From Octopus bimaculoides (Eukaryota): a stretch of DNA of 63,577 nt. Both the position numbers and the translations under genes were made by a program. Position 1 is the first letter of the stretch; each line of letters opens with the position of its first letter. Below, one piece after another: positions 12,797 to 26,224 of the stretch. The notes beneath the pieces are model-generated. The model had not been told where the DNA came from, did no database searches, and saw nothing but the letters and a program-made list of their open reading frames with translations. The stretch lies in NCBI RefSeq assembly GCF_001194135.2, contig NC_068981.1, positions 150,060,351 through 150,123,927 on the forward strand. Reading direction: 5' to 3'.

Positions 12797-15700
12797 CTGT
12801 GTGTGTGCGTGCTTGCGTGTGTGTACGCCTGCACGCGAACTGACATTGAGAGCAGCAATGCAGTAACAGTGCGGCATTATCAGTAATTAAAAAAGAAAGA
12901 AACAAAAACACAAGAATTGCTGCAAAACAACACCAACAAAATTATGCCAACAATCACAGTATAGCAATTTATCAAATGGTCCTATAATTAACAGACGTCA
13001 AGAATGAACGCTGCTATAAAGTTCACGATGGCTCTTATATTATCACATATGAGTGCATGTCTGAGTGTACGTGTAAGTGGAGCAAGCAGAAGCCAACAGA
13101 AAATCGAGCAGACACTTTGAGAAAAATTGTACAGGAGTGCCACGTGATAAGTTTGGGATTTTCCAAATACTTGAAAGGAGATTTTGAAAATAATATTGGT
13201 TTCAAATTTTGGTAGTGTNNNNNNNNNNNNNNNNNNNNNNNNNNNNNNNNNNNNNNNNNNNNNNNNNNNNNNNNNNNNNNNNNNNNNNNNNNNNNNNNNN
13301 NNNNNNNNNNNNNNNNNNNNNNNNNNNNNNNNNNNNNNNNNNNNNNNNNNNNNNNNNNNNNNNNNNNNNNNNNNNNNNNNNNNNNNNNNNNNNNNNNNNN
13401 NNNNNNNNNNNNNNNNNNNNNNNNNNNNNNNNNNNNNNNNNNNNNNNNNNNNNNNNNNNNNNNNNNNNNNNNNNNNNNNNNNNNNNNNNNNNNNNNNNNN
13501 NNNNNNNNNNNNNNNNNNNNNNNNNNNNNNNNNNNNNNNNNNNNNNNNNNNNNNNNNNNNNNNNNNNNNNNNNNNNNNNNNNNNNNNNNNNNNNNNNNNN
13601 NNNNNNNNNNNNNNNNNNNNNNNNNNNNNNNNNNNNNNNNNNNNNNNNNNNNNNNNNNNNNNNNNNNNNNNNNNNNNNNNNNNNNNNNNNNNNNNNNNNN
13701 NNNNNNNNNNNNNNNNNNNNNNNNNNNNNNNNNNNNNNNNNNNNNNNNNNNNNNNNNNNNNNNNNNNNNNNNNNNNNNNNNNNNNNNNNNNNNNNNNNNN
13801 NNNNNNNNNNNNNNNNNNNNNNNNNNNNNNNNNNNNNNNNNNNNNNNNNNNNNNNNNNNNNNNNNNNNNNNNNNNNNNNNNNNNNNNNNNNNNNNNNNNN
13901 NNNNNNNNNNNNNNNNNNNNNNNNNNNNNNNNNNNNNNNNNNNNNNNNNNNNNNNNNNNNNNNNNNNNNNNNNNNNNNNNNNNNNNNNNNNNNNNNNNNN
14001 NNNNNNNNNNNNNNNNNNNNNNNNNNNNNNNNNNNNNNNNNNNNNNNNNNNNNNNNNNNNNNNNNNNNNNNNNNNNNNNNNNNNNNNNNNNNNNNNNNNN
14101 NNNNNNNNNNNNNNNNNNNNNNNNNNNNNNNNNNNNNNNNNNNNNNNNNNNNNNNNNNNNNNNNNNNNATATATATATATATAATGATAAAACTTTTGTC
14201 TGTGGGATCATACACATCTCAACATTTAACTTTCCGATTCGTGCACATGGGGGTAATGTGATTAATTGACAGAAATAAAGACGAGAAGCTTAAACCAGAA
14301 AATCTAACTGAAATGCCTACATGTGCATTTTGCTTTGTTGTAGACAATATACCAGGCGCCAAAATTCAAGTGGAGTGAGACATTAGTAAATCCCCAGGCC
14401 GATATTTTGTATGTTTCCGTGTAAGTGCAGACGCACATACGTACGTACAAATACAGTTATGTAAACACACATTTTGGTCAGTGTATATTTAAACTTATTC
14501 GCAAGTTTGCATATGAGCATGTGATATCGCTTTAACTAAAAATCATTGATATTTGTTCAAATGCCTGCTTTAAACCATAGTCTGGATTTAATTACAGAGT
14601 CAGCAATACACTTTAACATAAGTATGTATGAAGAAATTTAATGGTTCCAAACGGAAAACATATTGTAGACACATACATGAGTATGTGCTTGTTGTGTGCG
14701 TGTATGCACTATTGCGCTGATATATGAGTATGGATATATGAATATATATATATATGTATGTATAGATATATATATATATATATATATATATACATGTGTG
14801 TGTATACGTATGCATATATATATATGTATATATATATTTATGTGTGCTTATATATATATATATATTTGTATNNNNNNNNNNNNNNNNNNNNNNNNNNNNN
14901 NNNNNNNNNNNNNNNNNNNNNNNNNNNNNNNNNNNNNNNNNNNNNNNNNNNNNNNNNNNNNNNNNNNNNNNNNNNNNNNNNNNNNNNNNNNNNNNNNNNN
15001 NNNNNNNNNNNNNNNNNNNNNNNNNNNNNNNNNNNNNNNNNNNNNNNNNNNNNNNNNNNNNNNNNNNNNNNNNNNNNNNNNNNNNNNNNNNNNNNNNNNN
15101 NNNNNNNNNNNNNNNNNNNNNNNNNNNNNNNNNNNNNNNNNNNNNNNNNNNNNNNNNNNNNNNNNNNNNNNNNNNNNNNNNNNNNNNNNNNNNNNNNNNN
15201 NNNNNNNNNNNNNNNNNNNNNNNNNNNNNNNNNNNNNNNNNNNNNNNNNNNNNNNNNNNNNNNNNNNNNNNNNNNNNNNNNNNNNNNNNNNNNNNNNNNN
15301 NNNNNNNNNNNNNNNNNNNNNNNNNNNNNNNNNNNNNNNNNNNNNNNNNNNNNNNNNNNNNNNNNNNNNNNNNNNNNNNNGTGTGTGTGTATGTGTGTAC
15401 ACATTCGCACGGGCGCAGTTGATTATACGTTATTGTATGAGTGTGTTTGTGCGTGTGTACGATGAAATTAAGATTATTAGTAAAATGCGTTGCTGTAATT
15501 TTAACTATAAACGATTTTAAAACAGTTTATGTTATCCATGTCACTTTCAATAATACACAGAAATGTAAGCTTTCCATAAGTGTTTTTAAGAGTTACTTCA
15601 GTGTAGCATCCGTGTGATAAATAGTTCGTATTAATAAAAATTATCGAAATAATATCCACGAATAAGTCAACGTTATTTTATTCTTTATCCAATACTTAAT

Positions 15701-16214
15701 GTCATAATACATACTTATCAACTTTCATTTTGAGGATCGCTATGTTTCTATTCTTAGTTTTCGCTGAATACTTGTAAGTATATAAAGTATATAAAGATTT
15801 TGCTGCAAAATCCTATTGCTTCTTGTTCAGACATAAGACTTACCAAAAAAGATATGTGACTGTTCATGGGTAACTGAATTTGTATGCTTTTGCCTGTGTA
15901 CGTATAGATTAATAGAAGAGATAGCTAGATAACTAGCTAGCTAGTTAACGCGAGAGAAGAGGGAGAGAAGGTGGCCAAGACTATTTCTATTAAACACTAA
16001 CGGTAGAGAGAACTCACTACTTGCTTCCGCTTATGCTATACCTTCCGTGCCTTAACGAGTGAGTAAACTACGGAAATGGCGGTGTTTCATTTTCGCATAT
16101 GCATGTGGTATCTTGACCACCGATTGACAAACGCTGTCTGATGTGTTTCCAAAAAATCTAAGTATTGACTTCGGCTTATAAAAATAAGTGGTGGCAGGGC
16201 ACAGTTTATTTAGA

Positions 16215-16401
16215 CTTTGAACTTTGTAATGTCAAAAGTCTATGGGATACGACTGACATGCTTTGAACTTTGTAATGTCAAAAGTCTATGGGATACGACT
16301 GACATGCTTTGAACTTTGTAATGTCAAACGTCTATGGGATACGACTGACATGCTTTGAACTTTGTAATGTCAAACGTCTATGGGATACGACTGACATGCT
16401 T
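16215..16401. repeat. Minisatellite, 46-bp unit x4
   Basis: CTTTGAACTTTGTAATGTCAAAMGTCTATGGGATACGACTGACATG repeated four times. Confidence 0.95.
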
Positions 16402-16469
16402 TTTCTTATTGCCGGGCTTTTTCACTTAAACCGATAATCCTAGGGGGAAACTATTTTGGACATCTTACA

Positions 16470-16930
<461 letters not shown>

Positions 16931-17025
16931 GCTTATATGATTGGCAATAACAAGACTCTGGTTATCGTACCTGATCAAGCATAAGACCATACAGACACAC
17001 ACACGCAAGCATGTTCACTCACACA

Positions 17026-17078
<53 letters not shown>

Positions 17079-18048
17079 GTGTGTTTGTGTGTGTGTGTGT
17101 GTGTTTCTTCGTGTTTAGTGTTTCGTATGTCTTTTACATTTAGTAAGTAAATTATTATTACCACTAGCGGGATCCGTAAATATTTCACTCAATTCATGAT
17201 AAACCAACAGGGTTATTTCTGAAGACTGTATCCCCAAAAAACTGAAAGCGTAGCCAGTGTTGTGTTTGTATGGAAAGAGAGTCCCTCATCTGCTACTCAC
17301 TGAAAAATGAAAGACATTGGAATACGATGATTACTTAATGCACTTTGTATATACACTCTACAGACTTTATACACAATGATATAGATTTAATACACAGCAC
17401 TCATAAAGCAAATATTCACTTTCATTTTTCCATTTTTTCCATGAGCAAAAAACAAATCCTGTACATATGATACAACCTGTTTTTAAATTGCATATACCTT
17501 CCACGTAAATAAGCGCGAATATATCATGGAATTGCACTTATGCGCATGCGTTAAGTGATAGGTGACATAAAAAAATTAGTTTCATTTAAAAAAAAATACA
17601 TATCACTATCCAATAACCACCGCCACCACCTCCATCTACACCACCTCCATCTACACCACTTCCACCACCACCACCACCACNNNNNNNNNNNNNNNNNNNN
17701 NNNNNNNNNNNNNNNNNNNNNNNNNNNNNNNNNNNNNNNNNNNNNNNNNNNNNNNNNNNNNNNNNNNNNNNNNNNNNNNNNNNNNNNNNNNNNNNNNNNN
17801 NNNNNNNNNNNNNNNNNNNNNNNNNNNNNNNNNNNNNNNNNNNNNNNNNNNNNNNNNNNNNNNNNNNNNNNNNNNNNNNNNNNNNNNNNNNNNNNNNNNN
17901 NNNNNNNNNNNNNNNNNNNNNNNNNNNNNNNNNNNNNNNNNNNNNNNNNNNNNNNNNNNNNNNNNNNNNNNNNNNNNNNNNNNNNNNNNNNNNNNNNNNN
18001 NNNNNNNNNNNNNNNNNNNNNNNNNNNNNNNNNNNNNNNNNNNNNNNN

Positions 18049-18101
<53 letters not shown>

Positions 18102-18829
18102 CTTTCTTTAACCTCCCGATCAGAACATCATCCCTCTGCTAAAATTATATTTTTAACGCTCCTCCTCTACATCATCACTACCTTGAAATAATTTTTTTCA
18201 TCACGTGATAAATATTATGTTCTCCCTACTTCACGTCATGGACACTTCTCTCTCCGCCTTTTTCTGTCTCTGTCTTCTTCTTTCTCCCTCTTTCTGTCTC
18301 ACTCTTCGCCTAATCCACTTTTTCTCTCAATTTTTCTTTCTCCTCTTTTTCCCTTCAACTAATCACGTGAAAACGTTACAATTACATTCCCTCTACCTCA
18401 CATCATGGACGCCTCTCACTCCCTCTTTCTATCTCTCCCTCTTTTCTATCTCCCACTTTTTCCCCAATCCCGTGAGGGCGTTACCGACGGGCAAAGTAAC
18501 GGAATGACAAGCAGAATTATTATAAGATTATTTGTTTTGTGATTGTTTCTGTTTTATAACCATGGCTTTGTCGATGTTACCCTTTCTAAATGTTTTCCAC
18601 CTTATTGTCCATGTTATAATAAACAAACTGCAGACGTTTAGCTACCTTGGTATCGACTGTGACTTTTATCCTTCGGAGGTCAATAAGAAAGTACCAGTTG
18701 CATATTGCGGACGATTTGCCCATCTCGATCTCGAGATCTGAGGCCAATATTGGAAATTTATGTTGATATTGCAGCAGCACCGACACCAACACTGCCACTA
18801 CCACCACCACCACCACCATTAATTGAAGC

Positions 18830-18855
18830 AGCACCAAGCAGCAGCAGTTGAAAAG

Positions 18856-18908
<53 letters not shown>

Positions 18909-18924
18909 GGTGGTGGTAGTGGTG

Positions 18925-18994
<70 letters not shown>

Positions 18995-18995
18995 A
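18830..18995. repeat. (AGT)n/(GGT)n microsatellite
   Basis: Direct reading. Confidence 0.97.
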
Positions 18996-19154
18996 CATCG
19001 TAATATTATTCTCGTTAATCAAATAATCTACTGCACGTGCAATTGATTCCTTCTTTAGCTACATATTTACAACATTTTATCTCGTATATGACACTGCCAC
19101 ATGTTTAAAGATGGGAGAGTAAGATCTTGCAATTGAAACAGAGATGGAATTAGA

Positions 19155-19185
<31 letters not shown>

Positions 19186-19729
19186 CAAAACAAACANNNN
19201 NNNNNNNNNNNNNNNNNNNNNNNNNNNNNNNNNNNNNNNNNNNNNNNNNNNNNNNNNNNNNNNNNNNNNNNNNNNNNNNNNNNNNNNNNNNNNNNNNNNN
19301 NNNNNNNNNNNNNNNNNNNNNNNNNNNNNNNNNNNNNNNNNNNNNNNNNNNNNNNNNNNNNNNNNNNNNNNNNNNNNNNNNNNNNNNNNNNNNNNNNNNN
19401 NNNNNNNNNNNNNNNNNNNNNNNNNNNNNNNNNNNNNNNNNNNNNNNNNNNNNNNNNNNNNNNNNNNNNNNNNNNNNNNNNNNNNNNNNNNNNNNNNNNN
19501 NNNNNNNNNNNNNNNNNNNNNNNNNNNNNNNNNNNNNNNNNNNNNNNNNNNATATATATATATATATACATGCAATATATTACACAAATATACATAGCAC
19601 AAGTAGAAATAGGATTAAATATCCCACATTTCACTTGCTTTTATACACTACAGATTGAAAAATCTAATCTCTTTTACAGAGTTCCGCAGAGAGAGAGAGA
19701 GAGAGAGAGAGTAGCCAAGCAGGCGATAA

Positions 19730-19745
19730 GTAGTAGTAGCAGCAA

Positions 19746-19784
<39 letters not shown>

Positions 19785-19865
19785 CAGCAGCAGTAGTAGC
19801 AGCAGCAGTAGTAGCAGCAATAGTAGTAGTAGTAGTAGTAGCAGTAGTAGCTGCAGTGATAGTAG
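19730..19865. repeat. (AGT)n/(AGC)n microsatellite
   Basis: Direct reading. Confidence 0.97.
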
Positions 19866-20279
19866 TAAAAATAATAGTAACAACAGCCGTAGTGGCAATA
19901 ACCCCAGTAAAAGAAAATCACTTCTATATTTGGTCAAAATTAACACTACACTGATATATGCATTGTGGGTTTGTGTGGTTGAGTGGTTAAGAAAATCGTT
20001 CCTCAGTTACAGGGTTTCGGGTTTAATTCTGCTGAGCAGCTGTTTAGGAATCTGTTATCATAGTGTCGAATTAACAAAACGGAATTTGATAATTTGGTAG
20101 TTCGAAATTGTTTGAAATCACGTTGGAAGGACTTTTTTTCTTCTTGGACAGTTAAGTTTAATCTGTTACTAAGATTAACCTGAAGGAAAGCGTTATATAA
20201 TCGAGTGATTGCTAGAAATTCCACCAATACGTCATTCAACCCAAACCCCATCGTTATAAAGAAATTGGGGGTGCAAGAC

Positions 20280-23200
20280 ATTTAATGTAGTACAGAGTAA
20301 GCTATAGCCACGGCAAAGTACGCTATACACCATGACGGCACCACAACCCGAAGTCAGCTATTGTAGATCATGAAATTTTCGAGAAAAATTCCAATGGACT
20401 ATCGGACTGAACCATAACCTATACCAGTTCAACAGAAAGGCTTCTTCTTCCGACTAAATCATAAAATCATCTATACGTAGTGGTTTGATACTATGGCACT
20501 ATGCATGATACCTTAGGGAAGACTCATCTGCCATGGTTCTAAACGGACCGATATAGTTTGAGAGTGAATATTCATAAACCGAAACCGTGGAAATCTGTGG
20601 CGTGAGTATATATAAAGAAAGAAATGAGCACAAAAGGTACAAAGTAGGAGGAACAAATTCAAACAGATGTAGTATTAATTTAGCGCGTAAAAGGAAGGGA
20701 AAGTTTGCTGATGTTTCGAAAGTTAGCCCATCACTACAAGGGAGATCTCTCGATAGGCTACTTGAAGAGACTTAAAGAATACTGGGATGAGAAATATTCA
20801 GCATTCTGAACTTTTTCGGAGAAACAATTATGCCAGCAAGCTACATATGCTGGAAAGAAGTATGCCACCCAACCAAACACAATCACTCAACTACAATGTA
20901 CAAATGATAATACTCGTATTGACAACACAGTAAAATCTTCCTTCGAAGAGACTGAACGACAAGAAACACAACCGAGACTAACTCAAAAATAACAAACCTG
21001 CCGCCACTACACGGACAATTGGCAACCACTTATGATCTCACAAAAACTAGCGAAGAGTATGAAATAATAAAATCAACGCCTGCATCGAAGTTCAATTAGA
21101 ACATCACTTCTTACATAAGAAAAATTCTACCAACCTAATGTTACCCGCGATCGACGAAATTGCGGGATAACTTGCTCAAATTTAAACTCATAGCTTTTAG
21201 ACAATAAATTTTCTGTTATATTGTGCCGCAGTTACTGCGCGTCGATAGACGGAAGTAAAAGAGAGCGATCCAAAGGATAATACTAAACCAAAATAGATTG
21301 CCTCCCTCTAAAGTAACATCAACGGACTCAGGAAAAAGATAGGACAGTTGGTCACTTTCATCAAATGCAAAACTAAGAATGAGTCCATGAATCACCAGCT
21401 ACAAATTCTCCAAACTTTATGGGAATTACCGCCGGGAAACTTTCACAGTCAGACTGATGACCCTCGGTCACGATTTACGAGCGGTAAGTCAAAAATGTAA
21501 GAGAAATGATAAATCACAAGTTTGTCAGAAACCCAGAAAATGTATAACGCAGTATGAAAGGCGATACCATCAAGGTAGTAAATGGTCCTCCCTAAGAAGA
21601 CCTAGAGTCATTCTGGCAGGGAATCTGGAATCTAAACAAAGAAAACTGGTGATGTCGCATGGTTACAGGAACTGCAAAGTAAGTATTGTGTAAATGCCTC
21701 TCTCAAAATATATAACATCGACAGCGAAACACTCCTGATGCTTATAATGAGACTGCCGAAGGGAAACTCAACTGTAAGAGACGTGATACCAGGATACTGG
21801 TACAAAATGCTTATGGAAATTCTCGCAACCCTGTTTAAGAAAACACTGAGCGCTGAGCTTGCTATACCAGATTGGCTGACGGTTGCAAGAACTACTCTTA
21901 TTCCAAGATCAGAAACTGTAGGCTCAAAGCGCGCTTGAATGTTATGTACAAACTGTACACAGGTTACCTGAATATGTTTGTACCAAGCAAATGATGCGAT
22001 AACTGATGAGCAAGTACAAGAAATGAAAGATGTCTAGGACTGTGCTGAATAGCTCCTCCTCAATAAATCTGTCCTTAAATAAACCAAGAAACATCGCCGT
22101 GATCTCTTAAGAAATTGGCTAGACAAAGAATTTGGCGTTCGACTCACTCATGCTATTCACTCATGGATGATAGAATCATTACCACTTGCCAAATTACTAG
22201 TTTCTCTAGCAAAGGTCATTGAAAGATTGAGTACATCATGGTCCACACAGTTACCACTGACAAGTCCTTAAGCAACACCTATTTTTTAAATGAGACATAG
22301 AAATGGAATGTGGGTAGGATAAACGCTCATATATGACAGTCAACTGAGGAGATATAGAACAGATAGAGAACATGTACATCAATGACTTGTCTATCTCCCT
22401 CATTTCTAATGATGAAAACTACGAGTATCTTGGAATCAATGACAATGTTGCATAATTCGGTGCTGTGACTAAAGCCAGAATAACAAAAGAAAACTTCTGT
22501 AGATTCTTGAAAATATAGAACTCAGAGTTGTCTGCATTTAACAAGACTATATCTTACAATGCTTTGGTAGTGCAAGGGCAGATCTGCAGCCTGGACATCA
22601 AACTAGAATTGTACTGACCACCACTGACAACTTCCACATCAACGACATCGTCAAAATCTATGCGACGCGAAGTGATGGCCGTAGAAGCATGAGATCAGTA
22701 CAAACAGCCTTTAAATGTCGCATTGTATCTCTCAAACAATACTTGCTGAATTGTAAAGAAAAGAATACTTTTCATTCACTCTCAAAAGTGAAGTCAACAC
22801 CTTCTGAGTTGGAGAAGAACTACTGAGCAGATATTCTGAAAATAAAATGCGACCCAAAGGAGGCTAGACTGACCTACTTAAACAGAAGCTTGGAGGAGAA
22901 GCAGGCATCATACCAGCAAAAAAGCATGGTTACACATCCCATAAGCTAGAGGATAACGAAATTTACAGGAAGATAGCCTCTCTATTATATTCCATCAAGA
23001 AGGATGTGCCTTCGCTATACCAGAGTGGAAGACATTACCCACATCAGCAGTAGGTGTCCCCAAAATGTCTACGAGATACAACTGCCCTAAGGCATGATAT
23101 AGTTGCAAAGACTATTTACAACGCTATCTGCAAGAAGGCTTGCCATGCTGTATACACCAAAGGCATGTCAGTACCAGCATGTATTCACACCTTTCAAAAC

Positions 23201-23720
23201 AAGGAATACTGGAGGAGCAGTCCAATGAAAACTGTAATTCGGTGCAGACATAACAGATCTGATATTGTTCTGTGGAAGAGGAAAGAAAAGTCATACACTG
23301 TTGGAGACTTCAGCTACACAGTGAATGTGAATGTACCATCGAAACACCAGAAAAAGGTGAACATTTCTGGTGAATTAATGTGGGACTTACAGTTCTAGCA
23401 CCCTGACAATAAATACTGGTTTGAAACTATCATCAAAGGTACTTTGAGCTAAATATCTACAAATTTATACAAAATACTGAAAATACTAGGTTTTTCAAAA
23501 ACAAAAAAAGAGCGAAACAAACTGACAGCTTTTAAGACATTACAAAGATTTTCCATTGGAACATTTTTATATGATTAAATGCACACGCTCGGGTGTGTGC
23601 ATTGACTGATCAACCAACTCAACCACATGTTTACAAACACGGGGAACTCTTTTAAGTCAAAATTCTTGTCGCTTTGTTAGAAACCGGCTTGAACTTTCTC
23701 AAAAAGATATAAAAAAAAAG
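20280..23720 (+). mobile_element. Near full-length, degenerate R4/Dong-clade LINE, interrupted at 20441-20746
   Basis: N-terminus KFQWTIGLNHNLYQ / SIGYLKRLKEYWDEKY; RT IPDWLTVARTTLIPR, HSWMIESL, YEYLGI; Cys/His-motif region EDITHISSRC..RHDIVAK; RLE HNRSDIVLW; many stops and frameshifts; 5' boundary approximate. Confidence 0.88.
20441..20746 (-). repeat. Inverted duplication, arm 1 (306 bp)
   Basis: Reverse complement of 24930-25235, about 9-10 mismatches by manual alignment. Confidence 0.95.
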
Positions 23721-24120
23721 AAAACATACGTACATACATGCACACATGCATTCTTATGCATTAAGATATGCGTATATAACAATATTTCTCTATTTTAACC
23801 GGTGACATGTGGTTCGACCTGAATTTCCTTTCCAGCCTTTTCCTTCAACACTTAGCATTCATGTTATATCACCCAAACACTTTTCACATGTATCTTTATT
23901 TTAATAATTTTCCCCATATATAAACTTTTTCTTATATGCACTTTTTTCTTTAGCGCTTAACTGTAAATTGTGTCCCTTTTTGTTTCCCTACCTGTATCTA
24001 CTTTCACTTCTTTTAGCAGCTTTTACCTTCCCCAAGCATTTCACTTGTTACATAACCTTCAAAGACTTTTCACTAGCGTTATCATTTTACTTTATATTAT
24101 TACTATTCATATATTTATTT

Positions 24121-24506
24121 GTGGAGGCGCAATGGCCCAGTAGTTAGGGCAGCTGACTCGTGGTCATAAGATCGCGGTTTCGACTCCCAAACGGGGCGTT
24201 ATGAGTGTTTATTGAGTGAAAACACCTAAAGTACCACGAGGCTCCGGCAGGGGATGGTAGCGAACCCTGCTGTACTCTTTCACCACAACTTTCTCTCACT
24301 CTTACTTCCTGTTTCTGTTGTGCCTGTAATTCAAAGGGCTAGCCTTGTCACACTCTGTGTCACGCTGAATATCCCCGAGAAATGCGTTAAGGGTACACGT
24401 GTCTGTCGAGTGCTCAGCCACTTGCACGTTAATATCACGAGCAGGCTGTTCCGTTGATCGAACCCTCGACATCGTAAGCGATGGAGTGCCAACAGCAACA
24501 ACAACA
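24121..24506 (+). mobile_element. Full-length tRNA-derived SINE, family A, with (CAA)n tail and 16-bp TSD
   Basis: GTGGAGGCGCAATGGCCCAGTAGTTAGGGCAG...GGTTTCGACTCCC head; TSD ATTCATATATTTATTT at 24105-24120 and 24507-24522. Confidence 0.95.
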
Positions 24507-24529
24507 ATTCATATATTTATTTAATCGGT

Positions 24530-25400
24530 GTTTTTTCCTTAAATATCATATTCGCCTTTCCTTTCTTTCAGCTCACACTAGCGCCTGCTACCTGCTGCCG
24601 TCAATCACTCCATCTTCTCACATACACTTTGATTTCACCAACACTTCATACTCCCCCCTCTACTAGTCTACGAGGTTACGCCTTCTTGTTTGTGCACCTT
24701 CACATGCATACATACACCCAAATAAGGGACATGCACACCAAAAAGCACACATCTTCCCCTATTCCCATGTCTATACAATGATAACCTCGTATACGTGCAA
24801 AATATATCAAACACCTCCCCTCCTAACAACCCACATGGAACTGCATTCCCAACGGCCCACTATCTCTTTCATATTCTCTTTTTTCTTATCCAACTCTCTT
24901 TTCTCGTTCATTCTCTTTTATTTTTTCTTATCTCCCTTGTAGTGATGGGCTAACTTTCGAAACATCAGCAAACTTTCCCTTCCTTTTACGCGCTAAATTA
25001 ATACTACATCTGTTTGAATTTGTTCCTCCTACTTCGTACCTTTTGTGCTCATTTCTTTCTTTATATATACTCATGCCACAGATTTCCACGGTTCGCGTTT
25101 ATGAATATTCACTCTCAAACTATATCGGTCTGTTTAGAACCATGGCAGATGAGTCTTCCCTAAGGTATCATGCATAGTGCCGTAGTATCAAACCACTTCG
25201 TCTAGATGATTTTATGATTTAGTCGGAAGAGGAAGCGCAGCCCTCCGACACTGAAGAGGAAAGAGAAAAACGAACCACGACTAATGGAGCACATTACGAA
25301 ATCGATTTTTTCTGAGATCGGAGAATTGAACCAAATACGTGGAGCAGAGGTGACTCAGCCAAGAACCAGATGGTGGTGTTAAACTAGGCGTCACATTAAA
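24530..25400 (+). mobile_element. Probable Penelope-like pseudo-LTR and ORF start, containing inverted duplication arm 2 (24930-25235)
   Basis: Pyrimidine-rich tract, then GTGATGGGCTAACTTTCGAAACATCAGC (degenerate hammerhead-like PLE motif); family assignment is an inference and boundaries are approximate. Confidence 0.45.
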
Positions 25401-26182
25401 TCTATTGCCTAAAGCACGCACAGTCTCTCCGACCACGAGCAGTATAATTTGTTTTTAAGCCTGTCTGTTTGTGTTTACAAATACACAATGGTTTACTCAG
25501 AAGCTGTTCTCCAGACTCTTCTCGGATTAAAAGAAATTACGTAATAGTAATTGTGAGTAAAATAAGCTGCCATGTTACGAATAGATTTTCACTTCTATCT
25601 CATCACGACACATCTTGATTATTCACAGGGACCATATTATAAAGTTGGAAATATGAAGGTACAAATATTTAAAACAAAATCTAATGCCACATATTAATCG
25701 CCGCATCATACGGCCCTTCCTCTGATATTCCTCTGGGAATGAAACTGTGAAATACGTATATTTATTTGGTCCTATTTCATGCTTCGACACTGTTTTATCC
25801 GGAGACAGTATGTTATCGATTCGTTAGCTCTTCACAAAGAGAATGACTTTGCGGATTTGGAGTTCGTTGTAAATATTTATCTTCATACTATAATTGCGCT
25901 TAAGGGGAATATTACTGCCCTTATGATGTATTAGTAGTAAATAAACAAAGAATATTTGAGTATCCTCACATAATTATGTCCAGATTATCAATCGTCGGAA
26001 CATCAATAGTTTATCCCACTCTGTATAATATAAGTGATTTAAAAATAACATCATATATTAGTCTTTGGCACGAATTTGGACAACAACGAGAAAAGGTAAA
26101 CAAAAGCCCAAAGGCAATTGTTAACCGTCTTCGATTGAGAAGTTAGTTTCAAGGAATGAAAAGTCTATCTCATATATATATG

Positions 26183-26224
<42 letters not shown>

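Noticed and set aside
16215-16401. CRISPR-like array
   Set aside because: Contiguous tandem units without unique spacers, in eukaryotic DNA
24940-24970. Hammerhead-like motif inside the inverted arm
   Set aside because: Core too degenerate to call a ribozyme; used only as a weak family hint
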